A model generated the notes under the pieces. The model was not told where the DNA came from, searched no databases, and saw nothing but the letters and a program-made list of their open reading frames with translations. Position numbers and translations under genes: made by a program. A stretch of 30,702 nt of DNA. Source: Methanobacteriota archaeon. GTDB taxonomy: Archaea > Thermoplasmatota > Thermoplasmata > SG8-5 > JAGLSY01. The stretch covers positions 1 to 30,702 of the forward strand of contig JAEHCQ010000010.1 in the NCBI GenBank assembly GCA_020696385.1. Direction: 5' to 3'. Within the stretch, counting starts at the first letter, position 1. Each line of letters begins with the position of its first letter. Positions 16,557 to 25,115 of this stretch are shown piece by piece.

Positions 16557-17330
16557 TCATACTCCCGCATATACTCCGATTAATGCCCCGGTTACTATGA
16601 GATTCCAGCCTGCATGAAGGCCCATCGTTGGGGCGAGGCCTCCGAATTTGTGTTCTCTCACTGATAAGAATAATATCCCGAATAGAAAAGAAGTGATTAG
16701 CGCGCCCTTTAGGTTCGGGCTGTCCCAGTATGCCGATATGTGGAATAGTGCGAATAAACCCTGGCTGATGCCGTACCTTGTCGCTGTCTGTATGTGTGGG
16801 TGTACTCCCTTGATCTTTTTTAATTTCTTTTCGATCACTCCAGGCAATACCCCATGAAAGCAAACCGTTTCTGAAACTGTGACTAATGTCAGATTGAAAA
16901 TTATAAGTGGCATTGCTTGGCTCTGGAATATCGGCTGAGTTGTCGGCCAGTTGAAATTGATAATTGTCAATAGTAAAATGAATACTGTTATTGAAAAGCC
17001 CATGAAGAACCAGATGAATTGAACCTCCAAGCTCCGACCCTCCAGGCCGTACTTCTTGCCCTTCACAAACTCCGAGATAAGGCATTTCTTGTTTGTCATG
17101 TCCTCCAGGTCGGATATTGTGAAATCCCCTGTCATGTGGAAGTATAGTAGAGGAATCCACATAAGGAGCATATACCCGGTTGTCGCATCTGCTGAGATCC
17201 CCCAGAACTTCGGCCCTATGAAATAAATTAGAAGCTGAATAATTATTAGTAATGGTATAAGTGATCGGCCTCTTAGAAAAGAAACTGCTGGCTTCGTTAA
17301 AGCCTCTGTTTTCTGTGTTGTGCTGGACAT
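16557..17330 (-). CDS. CPBP (CAAX/Abi/Rce1-like) intramembrane glutamic protease, divergent motif 1
   Basis: Multi-TM; SETVCFHG (canonical EExxxR), FALFH (FxxxH), LHAGWN (HxxxN). Confidence 0.85.
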   Translation of the reverse strand: MSSTTQKTEALTKPAVSFLRGRSLIPLLIIIQLLIYFIGPKFWGISADATTGYMLLMWIPLLYFHMTGDFTISDLEDMTNKKCLISEFVKGKKYGLEGRSLEVQFIWFFMGFSITVFILLLTIINFNWPTTQPIFQSQAMPLIIFNLTLVTVSETVCFHGVLPGVIEKKLKKIKGVHPHIQTATRYGISQGLFALFHISAYWDSPNLKGALITSFLFGILFLSVREHKFGGLAPTMGLHAGWNLIVTGALIGVYAGV

Positions 17331-17374
17331 TCATCGACACCCTCCAGGGTTGTTTATTTAGTGCCATTTCTTTT

Positions 17375-17409
17375 AAAAATGGAAAAGGTGGAGGGGTTTT
17401 ACCCCCTCC
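17375..17409 (-). terminator. Internal terminator after the first structural gene
   Basis: GGAGGGG/CCCCTCC stem (17390-17409) followed by ACCTTTTCCATTTTT on the minus strand. Confidence 0.65.
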
Positions 17410-17445
17410 TTGTTTTCGTGGTCGATTTGCATTATTGTTGCATCA

Positions 17446-18171
17446 TCAGGCGGATGAAGCAGTTCCACTCAAATTGTCGATCAATGTCAGCATCCATGTG
17501 ACCTTGATAACCTGTCCACCAACGATGAACTCCTGGCTGAATGAATCATACAGGCTCATGTCATCCGGGATGATCTGGTCAGGACGGCATGAGAATGTGA
17601 ACGAATCCGTCCTCATTGTATCAAGCCTGGGTATTCCCATGTCCACGCCGGAATGTGCGGCGGAATTGCTGTCAGTCCAGATGTAATTATATGAGCCATC
17701 GGCGTTCTTCTCTACAACGTCCCTGGTTCCCCATGTTGCTGTCTGGGCTGTGTAGGTAGATACTGAACTGATCGCGCAGTTTGTGAAAGCTGGCGCGGAT
17801 CCTGTGTCTGCCCTGGAAACAGTTCCAGTTATGTTGAACCATTCAGAATCATTGTTATACTGTGCCAATGTCTGATCGTACTCGAACTGTACGAGGTATT
17901 CATGTGGCTGTGGTTCGGTGATGTATGCGGATGCTTCTGCATCTGCAACTATCCACTCAACTGTTGAATCTCCAACGATGGCCTGCGTGTCGGTAGTGCC
18001 TCCGATGATAAGTCCTGGCGTTAGTAAAACTCCGGCTATGCCGAGTACACCAACTATCAGAAATGCGTTCTTTGTCTTTGCCTTCCAATTACCGAAGTAA
18101 TATAGGGCAAATCCCAATACTGCCATGAGGATGAAGGTTGCCATCCATCCAATTCCTAAAGGATCTGTCAT
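17446..18171 (-). CDS. Putative major envelope/structural protein (two N-terminal TMs + beta-rich ectodomain)
   Basis: First gene of the 12-kb operon; CAGGAGA RBS; followed by its own terminator, which implies excess expression. Confidence 0.75.
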   Translation of the reverse strand: MTDPLGIGWMATFILMAVLGFALYYFGNWKAKTKNAFLIVGVLGIAGVLLTPGLIIGGTTDTQAIVGDSTVEWIVADAEASAYITEPQPHEYLVQFEYDQTLAQYNNDSEWFNITGTVSRADTGSAPAFTNCAISSVSTYTAQTATWGTRDVVEKNADGSYNYIWTDSNSAAHSGVDMGIPRLDTMRTDSFTFSCRPDQIIPDDMSLYDSFSQEFIVGGQVIKVTWMLTLIDNLSGTASSA

Positions 18172-18424
18172 TTTTTTTTATCTCCTGATTATTTATTTTG
18201 TTCTTTTGTGTCAAACTTGCTCAGTTTTCATTATTATGGTTTCTAATCGATAAGGTAATGCTCGGAAAAACATATAATAATACATGAAAATGGATTTATG
18301 ATAGTTTTAGGCTTGTATGTTTACCAAAAGTATTTATAAAACCACGTCCTTTATCGGTCTTGTAAGATATGCGATGAACCTTCTATTGTCTGAGGCAAAA
18401 AGATAAAGGAGTTCGTGCATAGTT
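18172..18424. promoter_or_regulatory. Divergent promoter region for the structural and ATPase operons
   Basis: 253-bp AT-rich gap; AAAAGTATTTATAAA at about 18326-18340 (BRE/TATA-like, +) and TTATTATATG on the minus strand at about 18280-18271. Confidence 0.55.
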
Positions 18425-18928
18425 ATGACAAGTGAAGAAGAAAATAAATTTAGATTCGCTGTAAGGCGTGGCGATCCATCGGCTGGCGATTGTCAGAATT
18501 TGTATATAGATAGTAAATTAACTGAGCCTTTTTTTAGATTGTTGAATACAAAAGAGAGGGATACTCTTTTTCCGATAATGATCGATAGGGCTGAGGCGAT
18601 ATCTAATTTATCGGCTTGTGGCTTCCCCGAACATCAGCCGAAAAAAGGTATTAGGAAAACCCCTGCTTACAAGTGCCTCTTTGATTCGCCCAAGAGGGAT
18701 TTGCAATTAAACCGCATACATGATAATATTCTTGGCGGGTTTAATTGGTCTGTGTCATCGAGGTATATTATGACGATTGCATATTGTGAGATACTCGCCA
18801 GTGGTTTTAATATAGATCGAGAGGGATTGAAAGCATATTCGGATAAGGTTGTTGCCGAACATATCGATTTAGATCAATCAGATGCGCTGAAACAAAGCCT
18901 TAGATTGCCATTGGGGGTGTACGCATGA
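18425..18928 (+). CDS. Hypothetical soluble protein
   Basis: 167 aa; AAGGAG upstream; ATGA-coupled to the next gene. Confidence 0.75.
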   Translation: MTSEEENKFRFAVRRGDPSAGDCQNLYIDSKLTEPFFRLLNTKERDTLFPIMIDRAEAISNLSACGFPEHQPKKGIRKTPAYKCLFDSPKRDLQLNRIHDNILGGFNWSVSSRYIMTIAYCEILASGFNIDREGLKAYSDKVVAEHIDLDQSDALKQSLRLPLGVYA

Positions 18929-19248
18929 ATATCATCGATAGATATAAGAAAAAAGAGATTGAAGAATGGCATTATTATTATAAAAAGATGGCGCTGAGAA
19001 GCGATAAGAAAAACACCATTAGACATAATAAAATTATGATGGTGATAGGGTTTGCTGGATCTATGTTCGTTTACGCAATGGTTTTTTATCCCAGTTATAT
19101 ACCTATTGATTCTCCACTTAATAACGGTTGGTTGATGCTGGCTTTGATATGCTACACTGGGCTATCTATCGGCACTTATGATGCCATGTACTCTGAAATA
19201 AGATATCTCAGAGGTTGGGTTAAACACCTTAAAGGGAAGGTGGAATGA
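18925..19248 (+). CDS. Two-TM membrane protein with SPLNNxW loop
   Basis: 107 aa; FYPSYIPIDSPLNNGW between TM helices. Confidence 0.8.
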   Translation: MNIIDRYKKKEIEEWHYYYKKMALRSDKKNTIRHNKIMMVIGFAGSMFVYAMVFYPSYIPIDSPLNNGWLMLALICYTGLSIGTYDAMYSEIRYLRGWVKHLKGKVE

Positions 19249-20177
19249 TGAATAAGATAATATTCGCGCTGATCTTCATTACTCTGGCTTGCTCGGTTGT
19301 GGCATCTGCCCAAGATGATCTTGTTTTTGCTGATGCTTATTGGGATATGGAAGTTTCCAATAGAGTTATTGCCATTGGTGAAACGCTCTGGATTAATGTT
19401 TCTGGTATCCCTCGCACATCATTCGATATTGTCTTTACACTCACTGGAACTAATGAAACTAATGAAGTAAAGTATGATGGGTACACGAATATAACAGGCA
19501 ATCAAACAATGGAGTTCGATCTTGAATTAACCAGGGATCCAGGAACTTATATCATTGCCCTGGTTGTGAATGATACGGTTTATTCTTGGGCTGATTTGGA
19601 TATACGGTGGGATGAAACGCACTCGCTGAAGCTCGACATACATGATATCAAAAGAGAGTTGGCAACCGAGAAGAGTGATAAGGAGGCTATGCGGATAGAG
19701 ATTGGGCAGTTGATCGTTGAGTTTCGGAAAGATAGGGCTGGATTGACATTCTTATTCTGCTATGCGATTATAACCACTACCATATTATTGCATTTCTTTG
19801 GACCCTTTTTTATAAATTATGCTATCAAATGGAACACCGAAAGGCAGTATGTGGCCGAGCATCGAGATAAGAACAAACCACACCCTAATGATCAGCACTT
19901 TACAGATTACGGCGGAACCTACATTAAACAACAGGGGGAAATGGCCACAGTTGGCGATGATTTCCCCGAAGAATACCAGGAGATCAGAGGGAAAAACCAC
20001 GATCAGTTTTTAGAATATCTGAAAGAGTGCGATGCAAAGGGCGATGATTATCGGAAAATCTCTAAAATGCCGAAACCACCGCTATTCGCATGGCGTATGC
20101 TGAAGATAGGAAAGAAAGCAGATATTGAGAAGGTAGAGAAAGTAAAGAAGGTCAAGAAAGTGAAAGGAGCTGATTAA
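19245..20177 (+). CDS. Type I membrane protein: signal peptide, Ig-like domain, coiled coil, TM, basic tail
   Basis: SVVASAQ cleavage-like site; DPGTYIIALVVN Ig-like strand; LDIHDIKRELATEKSDKEAMRIEIGQL heptads; EKVEKVKKVKKVK tail. Confidence 0.82.
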   Translation: MMNKIIFALIFITLACSVVASAQDDLVFADAYWDMEVSNRVIAIGETLWINVSGIPRTSFDIVFTLTGTNETNEVKYDGYTNITGNQTMEFDLELTRDPGTYIIALVVNDTVYSWADLDIRWDETHSLKLDIHDIKRELATEKSDKEAMRIEIGQLIVEFRKDRAGLTFLFCYAIITTTILLHFFGPFFINYAIKWNTERQYVAEHRDKNKPHPNDQHFTDYGGTYIKQQGEMATVGDDFPEEYQEIRGKNHDQFLEYLKECDAKGDDYRKISKMPKPPLFAWRMLKIGKKADIEKVEKVKKVKKVKGAD

Positions 20178-21041
20178 ATGAAAATAAACTTTAAATTCAT
20201 AACGCATATTAGTGTAGTGAACACCATAATAATATTTTTTATATTGTTCTGGTTCTTTATGATGATATTCTATCCGAGGCAGATCCCGGAAAATAGTCCT
20301 TTGAATAATTCCTGGTTTGTGATCGGGCTTGGCGTTGGCATGGTGATGTTCGCAATTTTCTTTATTGGATATAGGGAGCTTCAAAAGTCACCTATCATAA
20401 CATGGCCTGGAGGGTGGGATACTCTACACTCCCCAGTACCAACGGCCACTTATGAGTTTCCACCACACAAAGGCGTTTCAACATTCAAATATCCGCTTGT
20501 GATCTATCCCAGGAAATCCTTTAAGATCCCTCTCGTAGATTGGCCAGGTGGCGGGCGCGATGGTTATTATGTTATCGAGGATGTTCCTGGCATGATAGAA
20601 AGGCGGGGGCATAATATCCACATCAACACGGCAGAGTTTATTTCATACCTTCCAGATGAACTTTCAGACCATTGGAATCATTCAAGATTGGAAAATATAT
20701 ATTTGAACATCGCCAGCAAGTTAGAGAGTATGACTGGCGCGACATTCTCCCGAAATGCCAGGTTTGATCTCGCCCTGGTTCCAAGCGAGGGGCTTATTGA
20801 TAAGATCAACAAAGGGCTGAAAGAGAATGGAAAGGCTCCGATATCTGCTGGCGCATGGGATGATCTTGTTAATATTCCAGCCCTATTAGCTCAGAAAAAT
20901 GACGAGATAAAACACCTTAAAAGGCAGATAGACAGAAGCCAGCATGACGATGCCATGAGTATCGCCCTGGTCAATTTGGCTAAAGATAGTAGTAAGCCAG
21001 ATGCACAAAATACGCAAAATAGCCAGGGGGCCACGCCTTAA
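20178..21041 (+). CDS. Two-TM membrane protein with SPLNNxW loop and cytoplasmic domain
   Basis: FYPRQIPENSPLNNSW between TMs; C-terminal short coiled coil. Confidence 0.82.
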   Translation: MKINFKFITHISVVNTIIIFFILFWFFMMIFYPRQIPENSPLNNSWFVIGLGVGMVMFAIFFIGYRELQKSPIITWPGGWDTLHSPVPTATYEFPPHKGVSTFKYPLVIYPRKSFKIPLVDWPGGGRDGYYVIEDVPGMIERRGHNIHINTAEFISYLPDELSDHWNHSRLENIYLNIASKLESMTGATFSRNARFDLALVPSEGLIDKINKGLKENGKAPISAGAWDDLVNIPALLAQKNDEIKHLKRQIDRSQHDDAMSIALVNLAKDSSKPDAQNTQNSQGATP

Positions 21042-21595
21042 TGGAAGAAGAAATCGTAAACTCTGGGGTTGGAGAATCGGCGGATCGTATTACAACGGTT
21101 CGCCGAGAGGTCATAAAGAAAGAGAAAGAAATTTCAGAGTGCGCCGACCCATCAGAGAAGGATGATAAGTATGGTATCCTAATTAATATGAAGCTCCGGC
21201 AAGTCAAAAGAATGATCGAACAATCTGAGGAAGATGGGTATGATCTCGAAAATGGGAAAACACTCGAAGAAGCTGAAAGAGATTATGCTTCTTTTATCCG
21301 CGATCTGAAAATGATTAGAAAGCCCGATGTCACCAGTGAGCCGACAATGAGGGGGCGATATCTGGCCACGAACATATACATAGACAATGAGTTGTATTCT
21401 TGCGCATATAATGATAATTCTCTCGAAATGTTCAAGAACCTGGCGGAAGTCCAAGCCTATGAAAGAAAGTGCGAGGGTTACGCCTTGCTCGATGTTCGGC
21501 TCAATGAATATATAGATGTTGGGTGGGACAATGATGATTCTGATTCGAGTATGACGGCAGATAAACTGATCGGGAGGGTTCGCAATTCAGCCTGA
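21041..21595 (+). CDS. Acidic hypothetical protein
   Basis: 184 aa; TAATG coupling. Confidence 0.78.
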   Translation: MEEEIVNSGVGESADRITTVRREVIKKEKEISECADPSEKDDKYGILINMKLRQVKRMIEQSEEDGYDLENGKTLEEAERDYASFIRDLKMIRKPDVTSEPTMRGRYLATNIYIDNELYSCAYNDNSLEMFKNLAEVQAYERKCEGYALLDVRLNEYIDVGWDNDDSDSSMTADKLIGRVRNSA

Positions 21596-21695
21596 CCCTA
21601 ACGAATCAAAGTTCGCCAGGGAGCAGGGGCTTATCGCCGAGAAGATCACCAGAGCTTTTCCGCGCCTGGTTCGGAATGTCGAAACCTATGAGGAT

Positions 21696-23102
21696 ATGTT
21701 AAGCATAATATCAAAGATATTCTGCCCGCATGAGCCGAGAATTGGCAATGTGCAATCTTGGGTTGAAATGATATCTGAATACAAAAACGCCCTTGATGAT
21801 TTCGGGGAAAAGAAATATCCTTTCCCCTGGATGGTTCCCGGCCTTTTAACATTGTTCGAGGAATCTGCTTATATCCAGTTCGCATTGTTCAAGCAAAATA
21901 ATCTTAACCTAACGCAAACATCATTATCCAAGCTGGAGGATCCCACGCTTGGCCGGAGGAACTTCCGAGGCATGGCAGAGGATTATTTCATACTTGGAAT
22001 GAGTGCAGAGGGTGGGGGGATAGTAACTGGGCCTAAAGGCGCGGGAAAGTCTGAATTTGTCGTGCAGAATGTTATTTGCCCATCCTTGGAATTAGATAAT
22101 ATCCAGGTTGTCCACAATATGAATATCATCGACCCGCGCGAAGTCTGGAAACCAGGAAAGGGGCAATACCCTTATTGTATCCTGGATTATTCAGATATTC
22201 CTAAAAATGCGCCCTTCCTGGATAACTGCCATTACGCGACATCGATAGAGGATGCTTTGATAATGATAATCACCCACGCGCTTAGGGGCATCCGGGAAAC
22301 TGGCAAGCCATACCTTACCCTTTGGGTAGTGGATGAAGCCGGAATATCCAGATCCAAACAAAGGACCATGAGTAATAAAATGATGAATCAAAAACATATT
22401 ACTCTCATATCTCGAAAATTAGGGTGTTATCAAGTAACGATATATCAGCTCGATGATGCCCCGAAAGAGGTTAAGGACTTCGCCAGCCACATATTCCATA
22501 AGCCTTCGGCCATCAATAAGACCCTGGTAGATTCAGAGATCCATACCGAGGCTTTCCGAGAATCCTCTATAATATCAGGATTGATGGATTGGACCAGGCT
22601 TAAAAAGATCGGGAGGCCGTATATCGAATATGGAACCTGGGATATATCCAATATGGATACAGATTTCGATGTACAGGGGCTATTTGACTATATGAACACT
22701 CTGGGCGGGTATGGTTCACCTGTGCAAACTGAAACTCAATTCATGGGAGCCCTGGATTTCATCAATAAGGTGAAAAATAGGAAATTGAAAGACTATGGCC
22801 GAGATCGGTTCTTGATTTATCTTTATCGGCTGTACAATTTCTGCAATGATGAATATGATAAGCTCCAAAGTGCAGGGAAGCTCTCGAAGTCTGAAAAGAT
22901 GTTAAAAGCCAAATGGAGGGCGATTGGGTCTTATTCATCCTGTGTTATCATGGCATCCCTGGAGTTTCCAGACGAGAAATGGTCAGAAATGAAGATCAAA
23001 AGGCAGTTCGATAGGGTGGCAGATCAATATCCCGATGCCCTGGAAAGGGAAGAACTGCCGGGAGATAACTACCCGATGGACATGGAGCCGATCCCTGTAT
23101 AG
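21696..23102 (+). CDS. P-loop ATPase of Zot/pleolipovirus-NTPase type (FtsK-HerA-related), putative assembly/extrusion motor
   Basis: Walker A GPKGAGKS; Walker B LWVVDEAG; downstream SRKLGCYQVTIYQ (Arg-finger then strand-Q pattern). Confidence 0.85.
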   Translation: MLSIISKIFCPHEPRIGNVQSWVEMISEYKNALDDFGEKKYPFPWMVPGLLTLFEESAYIQFALFKQNNLNLTQTSLSKLEDPTLGRRNFRGMAEDYFILGMSAEGGGIVTGPKGAGKSEFVVQNVICPSLELDNIQVVHNMNIIDPREVWKPGKGQYPYCILDYSDIPKNAPFLDNCHYATSIEDALIMIITHALRGIRETGKPYLTLWVVDEAGISRSKQRTMSNKMMNQKHITLISRKLGCYQVTIYQLDDAPKEVKDFASHIFHKPSAINKTLVDSEIHTEAFRESSIISGLMDWTRLKKIGRPYIEYGTWDISNMDTDFDVQGLFDYMNTLGGYGSPVQTETQFMGALDFINKVKNRKLKDYGRDRFLIYLYRLYNFCNDEYDKLQSAGKLSKSEKMLKAKWRAIGSYSSCVIMASLEFPDEKWSEMKIKRQFDRVADQYPDALEREELPGDNYPMDMEPIPV

Positions 23103-23191
23103 GTATAGTTGTTATGACATAATCTATATAATAACTGCATAGCAGTTATTACAAATCATAACAAACAACATAGGCTCCCCAATTAGTAAAG

Positions 23192-23235
23192 AGAGAGGGC
23201 AAACCCCCGCCCCCTCTCTGTTTCTTTCTATTTTG
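23192..23235 (+). terminator. Terminator of the ATPase operon
   Basis: AGAGAGGG/CCCTCTCT stem followed by GTTTCTTTCTATTTT. Confidence 0.6.
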
Positions 23236-23296
23236 ATGTTAAGGTGATCCGAGGAAACAATAATAAAGAATGAGAGTATTACATCAGAATATAGAG

Positions 23297-23384
23297 TGCG
23301 CAGGGTGTGGCATCGCAACCATCCAACCGTTATCTTTGGAAGGACATGGCCGAGCATTGCCCGGCTATGTTTCCACCCTGTGCA
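23297..23384 (+). ncRNA. Candidate structured RNA or ssDNA element (four-way junction)
   Basis: P1 23297-23307/23374-23384; P2 23308-10/23319-21; P3 23322-26/23336-40; P4 23342-52/23362-72. Four G-U pairs work only on the + strand. Confidence 0.5.
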
Positions 23385-23477
23385 ATAACCTTATTGTAGG
23401 CATCGGATAAAAAACTTTTTAGATGGGAGGTCGGCGAAAGTGAAAGTGTTATCAAGTATTGTTCGATAAAATGATTA

Positions 23478-23509
23478 TATGCGCATAGAAATATTTGTAT
23501 GCGCATAGA
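23478..23509. repeat. Tandem pair of 10-bp palindromes TATGCGCATA
   Basis: TATGCGCATAGA at 23478-23489 and 23498-23509, 20-bp period. Confidence 0.8.
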
Positions 23510-23526
23510 TTAAGATCGTTTGTTGA

Positions 23527-23799
23527 TTACTTGAATGGTTTTAGTTTCCTGGATACTATACCCAAATATTCTGGATTCTTGATTGGTCCCTCTTTGATCT
23601 TATTCAGATACGCCTCTGGCAACGGCCTGTTATCGTATATGTCGAGTATGATGTCCCTAACTACCTGGAGCTTTGTTTCATACATTCCGATGCCGTGGCT
23701 ATCGCTTTGTGCTGTCTTTTCCGCGATCATCACTCTGTAATATATTGCCCTCTTTTCCAAATTAGATAATATTTGTTCTGTGTTCATGTTAATCACCAT
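23527..23799 (-). CDS. Hypothetical protein downstream of the mini-recombinase
   Basis: About 86-90 aa; GGTGA RBS suggests start MNTEQ. Confidence 0.7.
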   Translation of the reverse strand: MVINMNTEQILSNLEKRAIYYRVMIAEKTAQSDSHGIGMYETKLQVVRDIILDIYDNRPLPEAYLNKIKEGPIKNPEYLGIVSRKLKPFK

Positions 23800-24374
23800 C
23801 CCTGTTTCTTCATAAGTTCGGCCCTGGACTTCGGCCCCATCCTATTATAGTATTCTCTAATTGTCTTTATTGATGTTCCTGTCATATCAGAGATATCGAT
23901 CTCAGGGATTCCCATTTCAAAGAATATCATAAAGGCCGTATGCCTCAGAGTGTTTGGGGAAAGTTCCGGGATGCCTATCTCTTTCCCGAATACCTGGAGC
24001 CTGTCGTATATTAATTGTTTCCAGGCAGAGTTTTTTCTTTTGGATCTTAGATTATCCTGGTAGAACTCGCTAACATCAAAATCTAAATGCTGGCTCTTGG
24101 GAACTCCCTTAACCTCTTTCCAATAGTTCTTTACTCCCTTCTTTGCCCCCTTCATCGGCCTGGACCATACTATTATCAATGTTCCGGCCTGGTTGATCTC
24201 TCTTATATTCGCCTCCGGCCTGTATAGTGCAGAGCTGTGCAACCCTGTATATCTGAACACTTTAAGGGCTTTGTAGAGCCATGCGCCCTTATTCGTGGTT
24301 CTGTCTATCTTAGATATTGCTGTATCTAATAAGATGACCTCCTGGGCTGTTAAGGGGTGTTTTGTTGACCCCAT
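23793..24374 (-). CDS. Catalytic-domain-only tyrosine recombinase (193 aa) with non-canonical active-site residues
   Basis: FRYTGLHSSAL (box I, R->H), LSPNTLRHT (box II, H->N), DMTGTSIKTIREYY (H->T, Tyr retained). Confidence 0.85.
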   Translation of the reverse strand: MGSTKHPLTAQEVILLDTAISKIDRTTNKGAWLYKALKVFRYTGLHSSALYRPEANIREINQAGTLIIVWSRPMKGAKKGVKNYWKEVKGVPKSQHLDFDVSEFYQDNLRSKRKNSAWKQLIYDRLQVFGKEIGIPELSPNTLRHTAFMIFFEMGIPEIDISDMTGTSIKTIREYYNRMGPKSRAELMKKQGW

Positions 24375-24376
24375 CG

Positions 24377-24691
24377 TTATGCCTCCTTTTTCTTTTCATA
24401 TTCTTTTTGTACCTCTGCATCGAATCTGTCTGCTAATCTCTCTGTTATTGTGTTCATGGTTCCGCATTTAAAATTAAGGCATGAGTGGTCGGGCTCTGTT
24501 TTAGATCCGTTGTCCCCCTCTACACCATAGAACCCACTGCAAACCCCATCGCCCCAATGCCAACAAAATGAGCATTTCGGCCTAATTTCTCTGAACCCCT
24601 CCAATAATGGCAATACTGCATCTAAATCTATCTCTGCAACATTTTCATTATAGCCCATGAATACTTTGAATATCTTTTCTCCATCTGTCAT
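24377..24691 (-). CDS. Cys-rich hypothetical protein
   Basis: CSFCWHW...C...HSCLNF metal-binding pattern; AAGGAG RBS. Confidence 0.75.
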   Translation of the reverse strand: MTDGEKIFKVFMGYNENVAEIDLDAVLPLLEGFREIRPKCSFCWHWGDGVCSGFYGVEGDNGSKTEPDHSCLNFKCGTMNTITERLADRFDAEVQKEYEKKKEA

Positions 24692-24702
24692 TTATCTTTC
24701 TC

Positions 24703-24789
24703 CTTACTGAATGTTTAATCAGTAAGTCCAGTAATGCACTAAAAGTATATAAACCTTACTGAACCATATTAAATGCTTATTTCAGTAAG
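24703..24789. promoter_or_regulatory. Promoter of the mini-recombinase operon flanked by two CTTACTGA inverted-repeat sites
   Basis: CTTACTGA-8bp-TCAGTAAG (24703-24726); minus-strand TTTATATA (24753-24746); CTTACTGAA-17bp-TTCAGTAAG (24755-24789). Confidence 0.7.
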
Positions 24790-24811
24790 AAAAATAACAT
24801 AATAGAAATAT

Positions 24812-24856
24812 TGAAGATAAAGCCCGATCTCCGCGAAATGTCTAAAGTATCGGGCT
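24812..24856 (-). terminator. Hairpin terminator ending the long coupled operon
   Basis: AGCCCGAT/ATCGGGCT stem followed by a T-rich tract on the minus strand. Confidence 0.5.
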
Positions 24857-25007
24857 GTCTATATAGAGAATGGATATTATTCATCTTTTCTGCCCTCTCT
24901 TAACCCTATTCACTCTTGGTGTGATGAAGCCATTAATGGCGATGTTCTTTGCCATTTCTTCCCCGATTATTTTAATCCGTGGTTGGAGTTGCTTGGCCAA
25001 ATCCAAC

Positions 25008-25115
25008 TCAATCGCCCCCCTCTGGTATCAATAGTGCGACAATACAAGCCCCTATGAAGATGATGAAGCCCCAGACCAGGCCAAAGGCTTCCATGATCGG
25101 GTGTGGGGGCTTCAT
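25008..25115 (-). CDS. 35-aa single-TM micro-protein
   Basis: MKPPHPIMEAFGLVWGFIIFIGACIVALLIPEGGD; ATGA-coupled. Confidence 0.55.
   Translation of the reverse strand: MKPPHPIMEAFGLVWGFIIFIGACIVALLIPEGGD

Noticed and set aside
16549-17367. 272-aa same-strand ORF overlapping the CPBP gene as an overprinted gene
   Set aside because: This shifted frame of a hydrophobic gene is naturally stop-poor because few K/N/D/E codons follow T. The product has no motif, while the other frame carries the CPBP motifs.
20125-20165. EKVEKVKKVKKVK nucleotide periodicity
   Set aside because: Simple low-complexity coding repeat in a basic cytoplasmic tail.
23124-23357. 77-aa minus-strand ORF
   Set aside because: No clear RBS, and it overlaps a terminator and the structured element.
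23297-23384. Cloverleaf as a tRNA gene
   Set aside because: Stem lengths (11/3/5/11), a 9-nt middle loop and no TTC T-loop do not fit a tRNA; kept only as an unknown structure.
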